This document shows, one piece after another, positions 49,961-57,454 of a DNA stretch of 64,000 bases. Numbering within the stretch: position 1 is the stretch's first letter; each line of letters starts with the position of its first letter. Both the position numbers and the translations under genes were made by a program. The notes under the pieces are model-generated. The model was not told where the DNA came from and ran no database searches. It saw only the letters and a program-made list of their open reading frames with translations. The DNA is from an uncultured Bacillota bacterium (lineage in GTDB: Bacteria > Bacillota > Clostridia > Peptostreptococcales > Anaerovoracaceae): positions 3,938-67,937 of the forward strand of contig CASDUO010000008.1 in NCBI GenBank assembly GCA_949284065.1, read 5' to 3'.

Positions 49961-49991
49961 ACTTCCGTTCAAAAATACGGGGCATTTCCCG

Positions 49992-50021
49992 TTGCACAGT
50001 AGGGTTTTGATAGTGTATAAT
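49992..50021 (+). promoter_or_regulatory. promoter for the small P-loop gene
   Basis: TTGCAC (49992-49997), 18-nt spacer, TATAAT (50016-50021). Confidence 0.55.
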
Positions 50022-50049
50022 TAGCAAAAGTGATGAGGAGGTGTTCGAT

Positions 50050-50472
50050 ATGGTGAAGTTGATAATTGGCCATAAAGGAAGCGGAAAGACAAAAAAAATG
50101 ATCGATTTGGCCAATAGTACAGTAGAAGAAAGTGACGGAAGCATAGTTTTTATAAACAAGAACCACAGGCTGATGTACGACCTCAGTCACAAAATAAGGG
50201 TTGTATGCATGGAAGACTATCCTCATATAACGAACAGCGACGAGTACATCGGATTCATATACGGGATAATCAGTTCCGATCATGACATAGATGTCATGTT
50301 CATAGACGGCATACTGAAACATGCAGATGTATCATTAGGCAATCTGCCGGAGTTCATCAACAGACTGAAAACGATATCGGACAATTTCGAACTGGACTTC
50401 GTCGTGAGCCTCAGTGCCGAAAAAGAAGAGATGATAGGGGTAGACTTTTCGGGATGCGAGGTCTTGAATTAA
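50050..50472 (+). CDS. small P-loop NTPase-like protein, unknown function
   Basis: Walker A GHKGSGKT at residues 8-15, possible Walker B VMFIDG. 140 aa. GGAGG 9 nt upstream of the ATG at 50050. Confidence 0.65.
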   Translation: MVKLIIGHKGSGKTKKMIDLANSTVEESDGSIVFINKNHRLMYDLSHKIRVVCMEDYPHITNSDEYIGFIYGIISSDHDIDVMFIDGILKHADVSLGNLPEFINRLKTISDNFELDFVVSLSAEKEEMIGVDFSGCEVLN

Positions 50473-50486
50473 GACACGGGGACGAT

Positions 50487-50506
50487 GGGGACGTTGTCCC
50501 TTTTTT
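50487..50506 (+). terminator. intrinsic terminator
   Basis: GGGAC-GTT-GTCCC followed by TTTTTT. Confidence 0.7.
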
Positions 50507-50516
50507 GGTGGCGGAC

Positions 50517-50545
50517 GGGACCATATCTGGTCCCCGTTTGTTTAT
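50517..50545 (+). terminator. second terminator-like hairpin
   Basis: GGGACCA-TATC-TGGTCCC followed by CGTTTGTTTA. Confidence 0.45.
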
Positions 50546-50611
50546 GGTCGCCATAGGCGGAAACCGTAGGGGAACAGACAGCCGCAAGCAGATATAATCA
50601 GGGGAGAGCAA

Positions 50612-51517
50612 GTGAAAACGAGAGTTATTTTTTATGTATGCCTTACGGCATTTCTTTTTGGCACCATGGAGGTGGCCTGTAAAGTCGCAGGGAACGGATT
50701 AGATTCTTTCCAGATCACCGCCTTGAGATTTTTTGTGGGAGGCGTGGTCCTCGTGCCCATGGCTTTTGCGGAGAAAAGGGCCAATAAAACTGTCATAACG
50801 ACGAAAGATCTGGGATACATGCTGCTTTTGGGAATAATGTGCGTTCCCATATCTATGCTGTTTTTCCAGCTCAGCGTGGAAAACTGCAACGCGTCGACGG
50901 CATCGGTGCTGATTTCCGTGAATCCTGTTTTCACTATGATATTCGCCCATTTCATAGCGGGGGAAAAGATGGACAGAGTGAAGGTCATAAGCTTCGCCGT
51001 GGCCATAGTGGGTCTTTTTTTCATGATAAGGCCGTGGGACGTCCAGGAAGGGAACACGGTCGCCGGGATCGTATATATGCTCATAGCGGCAGTGACTTTT
51101 GCCCTCTATACTGTGATGGGAAATAAGGCTACAGCCAAGGTGGGGGTGTTCGTACAGACATCCATAAGCTTCATCTTGGGATCCCTGGTGCTCATGCTGG
51201 TGATCCTGATCATGGGCAGGCCTGTGATCGCAGGGGTTGCCGATAATCTTGCTTTGCTGGCATATGTGGGGATATTCGTAACAGGCGTAGGATACTTAAG
51301 CTACTTTTTGGCTATCAAGTATTCCGATGCCACTACCGGATCTATCGCATTTTTCATCAAACCCGTGATCGCTCCCGTAATAGCGGCTGTGGTGCTGCAT
51401 GAACAGATATTGTGGAACATGGTGGCAGGCATAGCGATCATACTGACCTCATCACTCATAAATATGACACATACCAAAAAACTCATGAAGGAAAAAAATC
51501 AACAGGCGAGTCGATGA
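50612..51517 (+). CDS. EamA/DMT-family transporter
   Basis: 301 aa, ~10 TM helices, two EamA-like halves. GTG start after a GGGGAG RBS. Confidence 0.85.
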   Translation: MKTRVIFYVCLTAFLFGTMEVACKVAGNGLDSFQITALRFFVGGVVLVPMAFAEKRANKTVITTKDLGYMLLLGIMCVPISMLFFQLSVENCNASTASVLISVNPVFTMIFAHFIAGEKMDRVKVISFAVAIVGLFFMIRPWDVQEGNTVAGIVYMLIAAVTFALYTVMGNKATAKVGVFVQTSISFILGSLVLMLVILIMGRPVIAGVADNLALLAYVGIFVTGVGYLSYFLAIKYSDATTGSIAFFIKPVIAPVIAAVVLHEQILWNMVAGIAIILTSSLINMTHTKKLMKEKNQQASR

Positions 51518-52185
51518 AGGCCGTGGGAAAGGAGACTGGACACGACGGAGACAGGCGCAAGGAAATGAGCAGTGTGACTTTGGAAAAAGTAAAAAACATA
51601 TATAGGAACAGGCCTGTAGGCGCTGTAGGGAGACACAGTTTTTTTTCGGTGCTCATACCCATACTGGAGGAAAAGGGAAGTCTTTCGCTGCTGTATGAAG
51701 TGAGATCGGAAAACCTGGAACGTCAGCCGGGGGAAGTGTGCTTCCCCGGAGGGGCCGTGGAAAGGGGCGAGACATACGAGGAATGTGCTGTGAGAGAGAC
51801 TTGTGAAGAGCTTGGCGTCTCACCGGGAAACATAAGTGTCTTCGGACAGGCCGACACGGTTTACACATACAGCAATATAACCATGTTTTCATTCATAGGG
51901 CATTTGGATACACATGAAATGAGTCCCTCGCCTGCAGAGGTGAAAGAAGTTTTTTCCGTACCCCTGGATTTCCTCATGTCTGCAGAACCCTATGTATACG
52001 AAGCGGATATAGTGCCGGATGTGGAGAACTTTCCATACGAAAAACTTGGGATGAAAGAAGGGTATAGCTGGCGCAAGGGAACAAGCGAGATACCCATATA
52101 CAGGTACGAGGATCGTGTCATATGGGGACTTACGGCAAGGATAACGGCGGGAGTGATCAGGACCCTGAAAAGTGAACTGAGGTAA
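51514..52185 (+). CDS. NUDIX hydrolase, CoA pyrophosphatase-like
   Basis: Nudix box GEVCFPGGAVERGETYEECAVRETCEELG. The ATG overlaps the EamA stop (ATGA). An alternative start is at 51565. Confidence 0.8.
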   Translation: MKAVGKETGHDGDRRKEMSSVTLEKVKNIYRNRPVGAVGRHSFFSVLIPILEEKGSLSLLYEVRSENLERQPGEVCFPGGAVERGETYEECAVRETCEELGVSPGNISVFGQADTVYTYSNITMFSFIGHLDTHEMSPSPAEVKEVFSVPLDFLMSAEPYVYEADIVPDVENFPYEKLGMKEGYSWRKGTSEIPIYRYEDRVIWGLTARITAGVIRTLKSELR

Positions 52186-52219
52186 ACAAAAGAGCAGATC
52201 TTTATACGAGGTGAAGGAT

Positions 52220-53026
52220 ATGAAATTTGCATTGATACAGCAGAACTCCGAGTTCGATAAAGAAGAAAGCATTGCAAAGGCCGGGAAGAACATAGACGAG
52301 GCGGCAAAAGCCGGGGCGGATATCATAGTTCTGCCGGAAATGTGGAATTGTCCTTATGCCAACAGGTATTTCAGAGAGTATTCCGAACCTGCAGGCGGAA
52401 AGACTTTTTCATTCCTGTCCGATAAAGCGGCGGAGCATGGAGCGTATATAATAGGTGGTACTATACCGGAATCGCGAGAAGGCAAAATATATAACACCTG
52501 TTTTTCATTCGACAGAAAGGGGAGACACATAGGGACATACAGCAAGACCCATCTTTTTGATGTGACAATAGGCGGAAAAATAGCATTCCAGGAATCCAAG
52601 ACCCTGGCGTCAGGAGACTGTACTACAGTCATAGATACAGAGTTCTGCAAGATAGGCATAGGGATATGCTATGATGTGCGCTTTCCGGAAATGTTCAGAA
52701 AAATGGCCCTGGAAGGGGCAAAGATCATAGTGCTGCCGGCAGCTTTTAACGAAAACACCGGCAAAGCTCACTGGGATATCATAATGCGGACGAGGGCCGT
52801 AGACAATCAGGTGTATTTTATCCCCGTGTCTCCGGGAAAGAACCCCGCGGGAGTCTATGTCGCGCATGGTCATACCATGATGGTCGATCCGTGGGGTCAG
52901 GTGATTTCTGAAGCAGGAGAGGGCGAAGAGATAATTTACGGTGTAGCGGACACGGGATATGTGGATAAGGTAAGGGAAGAACTCCCTCTGTTGAAGCAGA
53001 GGAGGCCTGAATTGTACAGCAAGTGA
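52220..53026 (+). CDS. carbon-nitrogen hydrolase (nitrilase superfamily, omega-amidase-like)
   Basis: LPEMWN (Glu), catalytic Cys context IGICYDVRFPE, and a KTHLF lysine region. Confidence 0.85.
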   Translation: MKFALIQQNSEFDKEESIAKAGKNIDEAAKAGADIIVLPEMWNCPYANRYFREYSEPAGGKTFSFLSDKAAEHGAYIIGGTIPESREGKIYNTCFSFDRKGRHIGTYSKTHLFDVTIGGKIAFQESKTLASGDCTTVIDTEFCKIGIGICYDVRFPEMFRKMALEGAKIIVLPAAFNENTGKAHWDIIMRTRAVDNQVYFIPVSPGKNPAGVYVAHGHTMMVDPWGQVISEAGEGEEIIYGVADTGYVDKVREELPLLKQRRPELYSK

Positions 53027-53060
53027 TATGGGTGTGTCTGTGTCCCCGGCCGCATGAGGG

Positions 53061-53089
53061 TTCACAAGACAGCCTCAAGGTTGTATAAT
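53061..53089 (+). promoter_or_regulatory. strong sigma-A type promoter
   Basis: TTCACA (53061-53066), 17-nt spacer, TATAAT (53084-53089). Confidence 0.6.
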
Positions 53090-53144
53090 CGAAACGGTGG
53101 GCGAGAGACGATTATCGTCCTGATAATGTGAGAAAGGTGATGAC

Positions 53145-53228
53145 ATGAGAAAGTTCAGAGTGGGTCTGGCCGTCGTGCTTGCTATAGCGATGATCGCAGT
53201 AGGCTTCGATACCGGAGAAGAAAAATAA
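53145..53228 (+). CDS. 27-codon hydrophobic small ORF (MRKFRVGLAVVLAIAMIAVGFDTGEEK)
   Basis: Not in the ORF track because it is under 60 aa. The ATG is preceded by GAAAGGTGA. It has one TM-length hydrophobic stretch and an acidic tail, and lies ~55 nt downstream of the promoter. Confidence 0.35.
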   Translation: MRKFRVGLAVVLAIAMIAVGFDTGEEK

Positions 53229-53308
53229 GGATCCAGATGTACGAAAAGCGCACCAAAAATAGCGGACACTGTTTGAGGTGACTTTTTTTCTGTGTGTGGA
53301 GGAGAAGA

Positions 53309-54670
53309 ATGGGTTTGACAAAATCTCTTTTGCAGATAATAGAGGAAAGCAAAAAAGAGTTTGAAAAGGTCGAGGCGGGAAGTTTTTATCCCGTTGAAGT
53401 ATACGACGGAGACGCAGGGCTCCCGCCTTTTGATGCTCATTTGAAATACAGGGGAAACAGATTGGTGAAGGGTGATAATCTCCGGTACATGAAAACACTT
53501 TTGGACGATGGTTATGGAGGAAGGTTCAAATTGATATATATAGACCCGCCTTTCTTCTCGCAAAACAATTATCGTGCGAATACAAAGATGAAGGTGGGAG
53601 AAGAGGATATCATGATACATTCTACCGCCTATGAGGACCACAGATCGTCTGATATTGAGGATTATCTTGAGATGCTCACTACAAGGCTCCTGTTCATGAG
53701 AGAACTCTTGTCGGAAGAAGGCTCTGTGTGGATCCATCTTGACTGGCATGTCGTACATTATGTGAAAGTCATCATGGATGAGATATTCGGCATGGATAAT
53801 TTTGTCAATGAGATAATATGGAAATACAAATCCGGCGGTACCAGCAAGCATCATTTCAGCAGGAAACATGATACGCTGCTTTTTTACCGTAAGGGAAAGA
53901 AGCATGATTTTCATGTGCCTAAAGAAAAGTCATACAACAGAGGATATAAGCCGTACAGATTCAAAGGTGTAAAGGAATACAAGGACGAGCTGGGATGGTA
54001 TACCATGGTAAATATGAAGGATGTGTGGGAGATAGACATGGTAGGGCGCACGTCGGCCGAGAGGACAGGCTATGCTACACAGAAACCGGAAGCCCTTTTG
54101 GAACGCATACTGGAATGTTGTACGAAACCCGGAGACCTTTGCGGCGACTTTTTCTCCGGAGCCGGCACTCTGGCGGCGGCAGCGCAGAAGAAAGAGCTCA
54201 ATTGGATATGCTGCGATATGGGACAGATGGCCATAGGGACCTCAGAAAAGAGGATCGTGAAGAATAAGGGAAGCTTTCTCCTTGAGTATCAGGAAGGCAT
54301 AGACGTTCCGGATTTCAAATTGGAATATGAGGTATCTTTAGAGGATGTAGCGGTATCCGATATGAAGAAACTCAGCATAAGACTGCTGTCCTACGATATA
54401 GACCCGGAAAGCCTTCCCTTAGATGACAAGAACAGGGAAAAGGTGAGACAAGTACTGAAAAACAATTCTCTGGATTTTATAGACCAGTGGAGTTTGGATC
54501 TGAGCCACAACGGGAAATTGCAAAACGCAGAAAAAGTATTTATCAGAGAAGGGAAGACCATCGAAACGGAATACACCGGATTCGTAGAGGATATCCAAAA
54601 CGTGGGATCCATAGGCCTGCGTGCGGTAGATATCTTTGGCAATCAGATCAGAAAAGCTATAAATATATGA
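53309..54670 (+). CDS. beta-class N6-adenine (or N4-cytosine) DNA methyltransferase, orphan
   Basis: Motif IV IDPPFF precedes motif I DFFSGAGT (beta order). An extra ~130-aa C-terminal domain is present. GGAGGAG RBS before the ATG at 53309. Confidence 0.85.
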   Translation: MGLTKSLLQIIEESKKEFEKVEAGSFYPVEVYDGDAGLPPFDAHLKYRGNRLVKGDNLRYMKTLLDDGYGGRFKLIYIDPPFFSQNNYRANTKMKVGEEDIMIHSTAYEDHRSSDIEDYLEMLTTRLLFMRELLSEEGSVWIHLDWHVVHYVKVIMDEIFGMDNFVNEIIWKYKSGGTSKHHFSRKHDTLLFYRKGKKHDFHVPKEKSYNRGYKPYRFKGVKEYKDELGWYTMVNMKDVWEIDMVGRTSAERTGYATQKPEALLERILECCTKPGDLCGDFFSGAGTLAAAAQKKELNWICCDMGQMAIGTSEKRIVKNKGSFLLEYQEGIDVPDFKLEYEVSLEDVAVSDMKKLSIRLLSYDIDPESLPLDDKNREKVRQVLKNNSLDFIDQWSLDLSHNGKLQNAEKVFIREGKTIETEYTGFVEDIQNVGSIGLRAVDIFGNQIRKAINI

Positions 54671-55599
54671 ATGATGTGGATAGAAAGAAAAGCATGAAAA
54701 AAACCTTTAGGGAGAAGCTGAGCAAAGAAAATATAAAGCGCTATGCCGCAGACATGGCGCTGCTGTTTTTGGCCTGTTCCGCGGGATCTTTTTCCACGGT
54801 GGCGGTGATGATACCAAACGGACTCACATCCGGAGGTATAACCGGTATTTCCAGAATGGTACAGAACTATGTCAGTCTGGATTTTTCCGTCATATATTAT
54901 CTGCTCTGTCTGATAATAGTGATCATTGTGGCGATTTCCCTCGGATCGAATGAGGTAAAAAAGATCATCGTTTTGAGCGTGATGTATCCGGTGGTCCTTT
55001 TCATATTCGAACGATTCCATGTGGAATTGCTGGAGGAAAAGGACATGATACTGGCCGCCATATTCTGCGGCGCATTTTCAGGGGTGGCCGTGGGCATAGC
55101 CTTTTGGCGCGGATATTCATATGGCGGGACCGATTCACTGGCAAAGATAATAAGGAAGAAGTTCCTGCCCCATGTGTCTCAAAGCAAGATACTGCTAGTC
55201 ATAGACGGTATCATAATAATAGGATCGGCTTTCGTGTTCGGCAGGAACATAGCCCTGTACGCTTTGGTGACCCAAGTCATAGTGAGCAAGACCATAGATG
55301 TAGTCATGTACGGTTTCGAGTCCAAGATCGTCCAGCTTGAAATCATAACGGAGAACAGGGAGGAACTGAGTAAATTCATACTGGAAGACATAAGGCGGGG
55401 CGTGACCACCACGAAAGTGGTTGGAGAGTATACACATAACACATATGCGGAAATGAGACTTTTGTGCTCTCCGAGAGAGTGTGTATATGTGCGCCGGGAG
55501 ATCGCCAAGATAGATCCGAACGCTTTTGTGACGATGATACAGGTCGATAATGTATGGGCCTTGGGAGAAGGGTTTCAAAACATAAAAAAAGAAGACTGA
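54667..55599 (+). CDS. YitT-family membrane protein (DUF161 + DUF2179)
   Basis: Polytopic N-terminal part (NGLTSGGITGISR) and a soluble DUF2179-like C-terminus. The ATG overlaps the methyltransferase stop (ATGA). Confidence 0.85.
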   Translation: MNDVDRKKSMKKTFREKLSKENIKRYAADMALLFLACSAGSFSTVAVMIPNGLTSGGITGISRMVQNYVSLDFSVIYYLLCLIIVIIVAISLGSNEVKKIIVLSVMYPVVLFIFERFHVELLEEKDMILAAIFCGAFSGVAVGIAFWRGYSYGGTDSLAKIIRKKFLPHVSQSKILLVIDGIIIIGSAFVFGRNIALYALVTQVIVSKTIDVVMYGFESKIVQLEIITENREELSKFILEDIRRGVTTTKVVGEYTHNTYAEMRLLCSPRECVYVRREIAKIDPNAFVTMIQVDNVWALGEGFQNIKKED

Positions 55600-55633
55600 T
55601 GTCGATGCACCTGATGTAGAGGAGGAAAACAAA

Positions 55634-56482
55634 ATGAGCGATGAAAGAAACAATCCTGCAAGCGGATGTGACCATGACTGCGGTTCGTGCAGCGAGTCCT
55701 GCGGAGAAAGGGATCCTAAAAGTCTGTTGGAGAAGCCTCTTGATTCCACTGATGTGAAAAAGGTAATAGCGGTAGTCAGCGGAAAAGGAGGCGTAGGTAA
55801 ATCCCTGGTTACAGGCATGTGTGCGGTAATGAGCCAGAGAGCCGGATACAAATGCGGCGTACTGGATGCCGATATAACCGGGCCGTCCATACCGAAGATG
55901 TTCGGATCGGAGGTCCAGGCCGCAGCCAATTCCGAGGGACTGCTGCCTAATGTGAGCAAGACCGGGATAAAACTCATGTCGGCCAATCTCGTTTTGGAGA
56001 ACCCTGAAGATCCAGTACTTTGGAGAGGTCCGCTGATCGCTGGTCTCGTGAAACAGTTCTGGTCAGATGTCGTATGGGGCGATTTGGATTTTCTTTTCGT
56101 TGACATGCCTCCCGGCACGGGGGATGTTCCCCTTACGGTTTTCCAATCCCTGCCTGTCGATGGCATAGTAATAGTCGCATCCCCCCAGGAACTGGTGGGC
56201 ATGATAGTGGAGAAAGCAGTCAACATGGCGGCCATGATGAAGGTGCCGGTAATAGGTATCGTGGAGAACATGAGCTATGTGGAATGTCCCAAGTGCGGAG
56301 AAGAGATAAAGATATTCGGAGGAAGCCACGTACAGGAAGTGGCCGATGACTACGGTATAGATCTGCTTGGGAGGATACCTATAGAGCCTTCGCTGGCAAC
56401 GGCCTGTGATCGCGGTCTCATAGAGCTCTTTGAGGGAGACTGGCTGGACGGTCTTGCAGGAGAACTTGGCAAGATGCTGTAG
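55634..56482 (+). CDS. Mrp/NBP35-family Fe-S cluster carrier ATPase
   Basis: Cys-rich N-terminus CDHDCGSCSESC, deviant Walker A SGKGGVGKS, CPKCGE motif. Confidence 0.9.
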   Translation: MSDERNNPASGCDHDCGSCSESCGERDPKSLLEKPLDSTDVKKVIAVVSGKGGVGKSLVTGMCAVMSQRAGYKCGVLDADITGPSIPKMFGSEVQAAANSEGLLPNVSKTGIKLMSANLVLENPEDPVLWRGPLIAGLVKQFWSDVVWGDLDFLFVDMPPGTGDVPLTVFQSLPVDGIVIVASPQELVGMIVEKAVNMAAMMKVPVIGIVENMSYVECPKCGEEIKIFGGSHVQEVADDYGIDLLGRIPIEPSLATACDRGLIELFEGDWLDGLAGELGKML

Positions 56483-56609
56483 GAAAAATAACGGCAATAT
56501 AAGACCGATATCCGGAACAGGAAAGATGGATGAAAAGGGGTATCAAGGGATATGTATGTAATGTGATAAGACATATGTTACAGAATAAAAGATAAAGAGA
56601 GAGATACTT

Positions 56610-56618
56610 TGATATAAT
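56610..56618 (+). promoter_or_regulatory. extended -10 element TGaTATAAT
   Basis: TGATATAAT with no good -35, ~40 nt upstream of the tRNA-like fragment. Confidence 0.4.
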
Positions 56619-56659
56619 GTTTCTGACTAAAAAAACAACAACCAAAAGGAGTATCTCGA

Positions 56660-56698
56660 ATCTGTCGGTTCTGGGTTCGAATCCCAGGTGCCTCACCA
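56660..56698 (+). pseudogene. 3' fragment of a tRNA gene (T-arm + 3' acceptor strand + CCA), 5' half absent
   Basis: CTGGG-TTCGAAT-CCCAG T-arm (56671-56687), then GTGCCTC, A, CCA. The complementary GAGGCAC acceptor strand is absent upstream. Confidence 0.7.
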
Positions 56699-56699
56699 A
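56684..56699 (+). repeat. left copy of a 16-nt direct repeat (att-like core)
   Basis: CCAGGTGCCTCACCAA. Matches 58988-59003 at 15 of 16 positions. Confidence 0.5.
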
Positions 56700-56704
56700 A
56701 CTAA

Positions 56705-56747
56705 AAACCTCGAATTGTTGAAATTTCAACGATTACGAGGTTTTTTG
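56705..56747 (+). terminator. intrinsic terminator just after the tRNA fragment
   Basis: Long imperfect hairpin AACCTCG...GTTGAAATTTCAAC...CGAGGTT followed by TTTTTT. Confidence 0.7.
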
Positions 56748-56850
56748 ATATCCTGAAAAGGGTGGTGTGGGGCAAAAATGGGGCAACATCATAAGTTTTT
56801 TACGTTTTTAAGCATTTCATTTTTCTGTAACGTGCATCTACACCTCTCTG

Positions 56851-57126
56851 GTGGTCTTCGAGAGAATGCGATGGACAGAAATCTATTCTATGACAAGGAA
56901 TGGAAAAAACTCTAATAATACAAGCAATCACAACGTACCTGGAGATGATCTCATCAAGGATGCTCGAAGTAGATTAGGGAAACTGCAGATTCACGAAGAT
57001 GAAATATTTTCTTTGTCATTGGATAATAAAGAACAGCTTTGGGAAATTTTGGATGCAGGTATTTTTAGAATAATTTGGTATGACCCTAAGCATGAGATTT
57101 GCCCATCAAAGAAGAAATATACGTAA
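56851..57126 (+). CDS. hypothetical protein (doubtful coding)
   Basis: 91-codon ORF in AT-rich DNA. GTG start with no RBS. I do not recognise a family. Confidence 0.35.
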   Translation: MVFERMRWTEIYSMTRNGKNSNNTSNHNVPGDDLIKDARSRLGKLQIHEDEIFSLSLDNKEQLWEILDAGIFRIIWYDPKHEICPSKKKYT

Positions 57127-57325
57127 TGCTAGGACAAAAAGTTAAAATAAATATCCCTGAAGAAAGGTTTTTTATTGCAGGAAATCGTATTATGTGTACA
57201 TAAGAATAATACCTAAAAAAACGAAAAAAGGGTATTGCAGAGAGGCAGGAAAGGGATATAGAATAAGGGACAGAACCAACCCCTTTACATCAGGCGGAGA
57301 TGTGACTGAAAACGGAGAAAGAGGC

Positions 57326-57355
57326 TTGACCGAGATGCAGGACTTCATACATAAT
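57326..57355 (+). promoter_or_regulatory. possible promoter of the secreted-protein gene
   Basis: TTGACC (57326-57331), 18-nt spacer, CATAAT (57350-57355). Confidence 0.4.
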
Positions 57356-57454
57356 CTCACAGACAGTGGAAAAACTGAGAGGACAGACATATGGAGAAGG
57401 AGCTCATACAGGCAGTGAGAAGAAGACGGCAGAAGAATACAAGGAGGATGTAAA

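Noticed and set aside
51631-51645. Homopolymer tracts (T8 in the NUDIX gene; A8 in pbp2, rny, ylxR, nrnA and the P-loop gene) as phase-variation switches.
   Set aside because: Tracts of 8 are expected in an A/T-rich codon background. All of them are in frame in housekeeping genes, and none sits in a contingency-type locus.
56620-56698. A possible complete tRNA or tmRNA gene.
   Set aside because: No 5' acceptor strand complementary to GTGCCTC is present, nor a D-arm or anticodon stem. There is no tmRNA-like 5' end or tag reading frame upstream. Only the 3' third of a tRNA is present.
56418-56729. A 103-aa minus-strand ORF spanning the mrp 3' end and the tRNA fragment.
   Set aside because: It contains GFEPRT, the classic artefactual translation of the antisense of a tRNA T-arm. 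It has no RBS and crosses a terminator.
56851-57126. A RelE/HigB-like toxin assignment for the 91-codon ORF (GIFRIIWYDPKHEI resembles the RelE-fold C-terminal strand pattern).
   Set aside because: The resemblance is too short and subjective. There is no partner antitoxin ORF and no RBS at the GTG start. It is reported only as a doubtful hypothetical.
57194-57418. A 74-aa ORF between the hypothetical gene and the secreted-protein gene.
   Set aside because: It sits in purine-rich non-coding-looking sequence, has no RBS, and overlaps the predicted promoter of the downstream gene.
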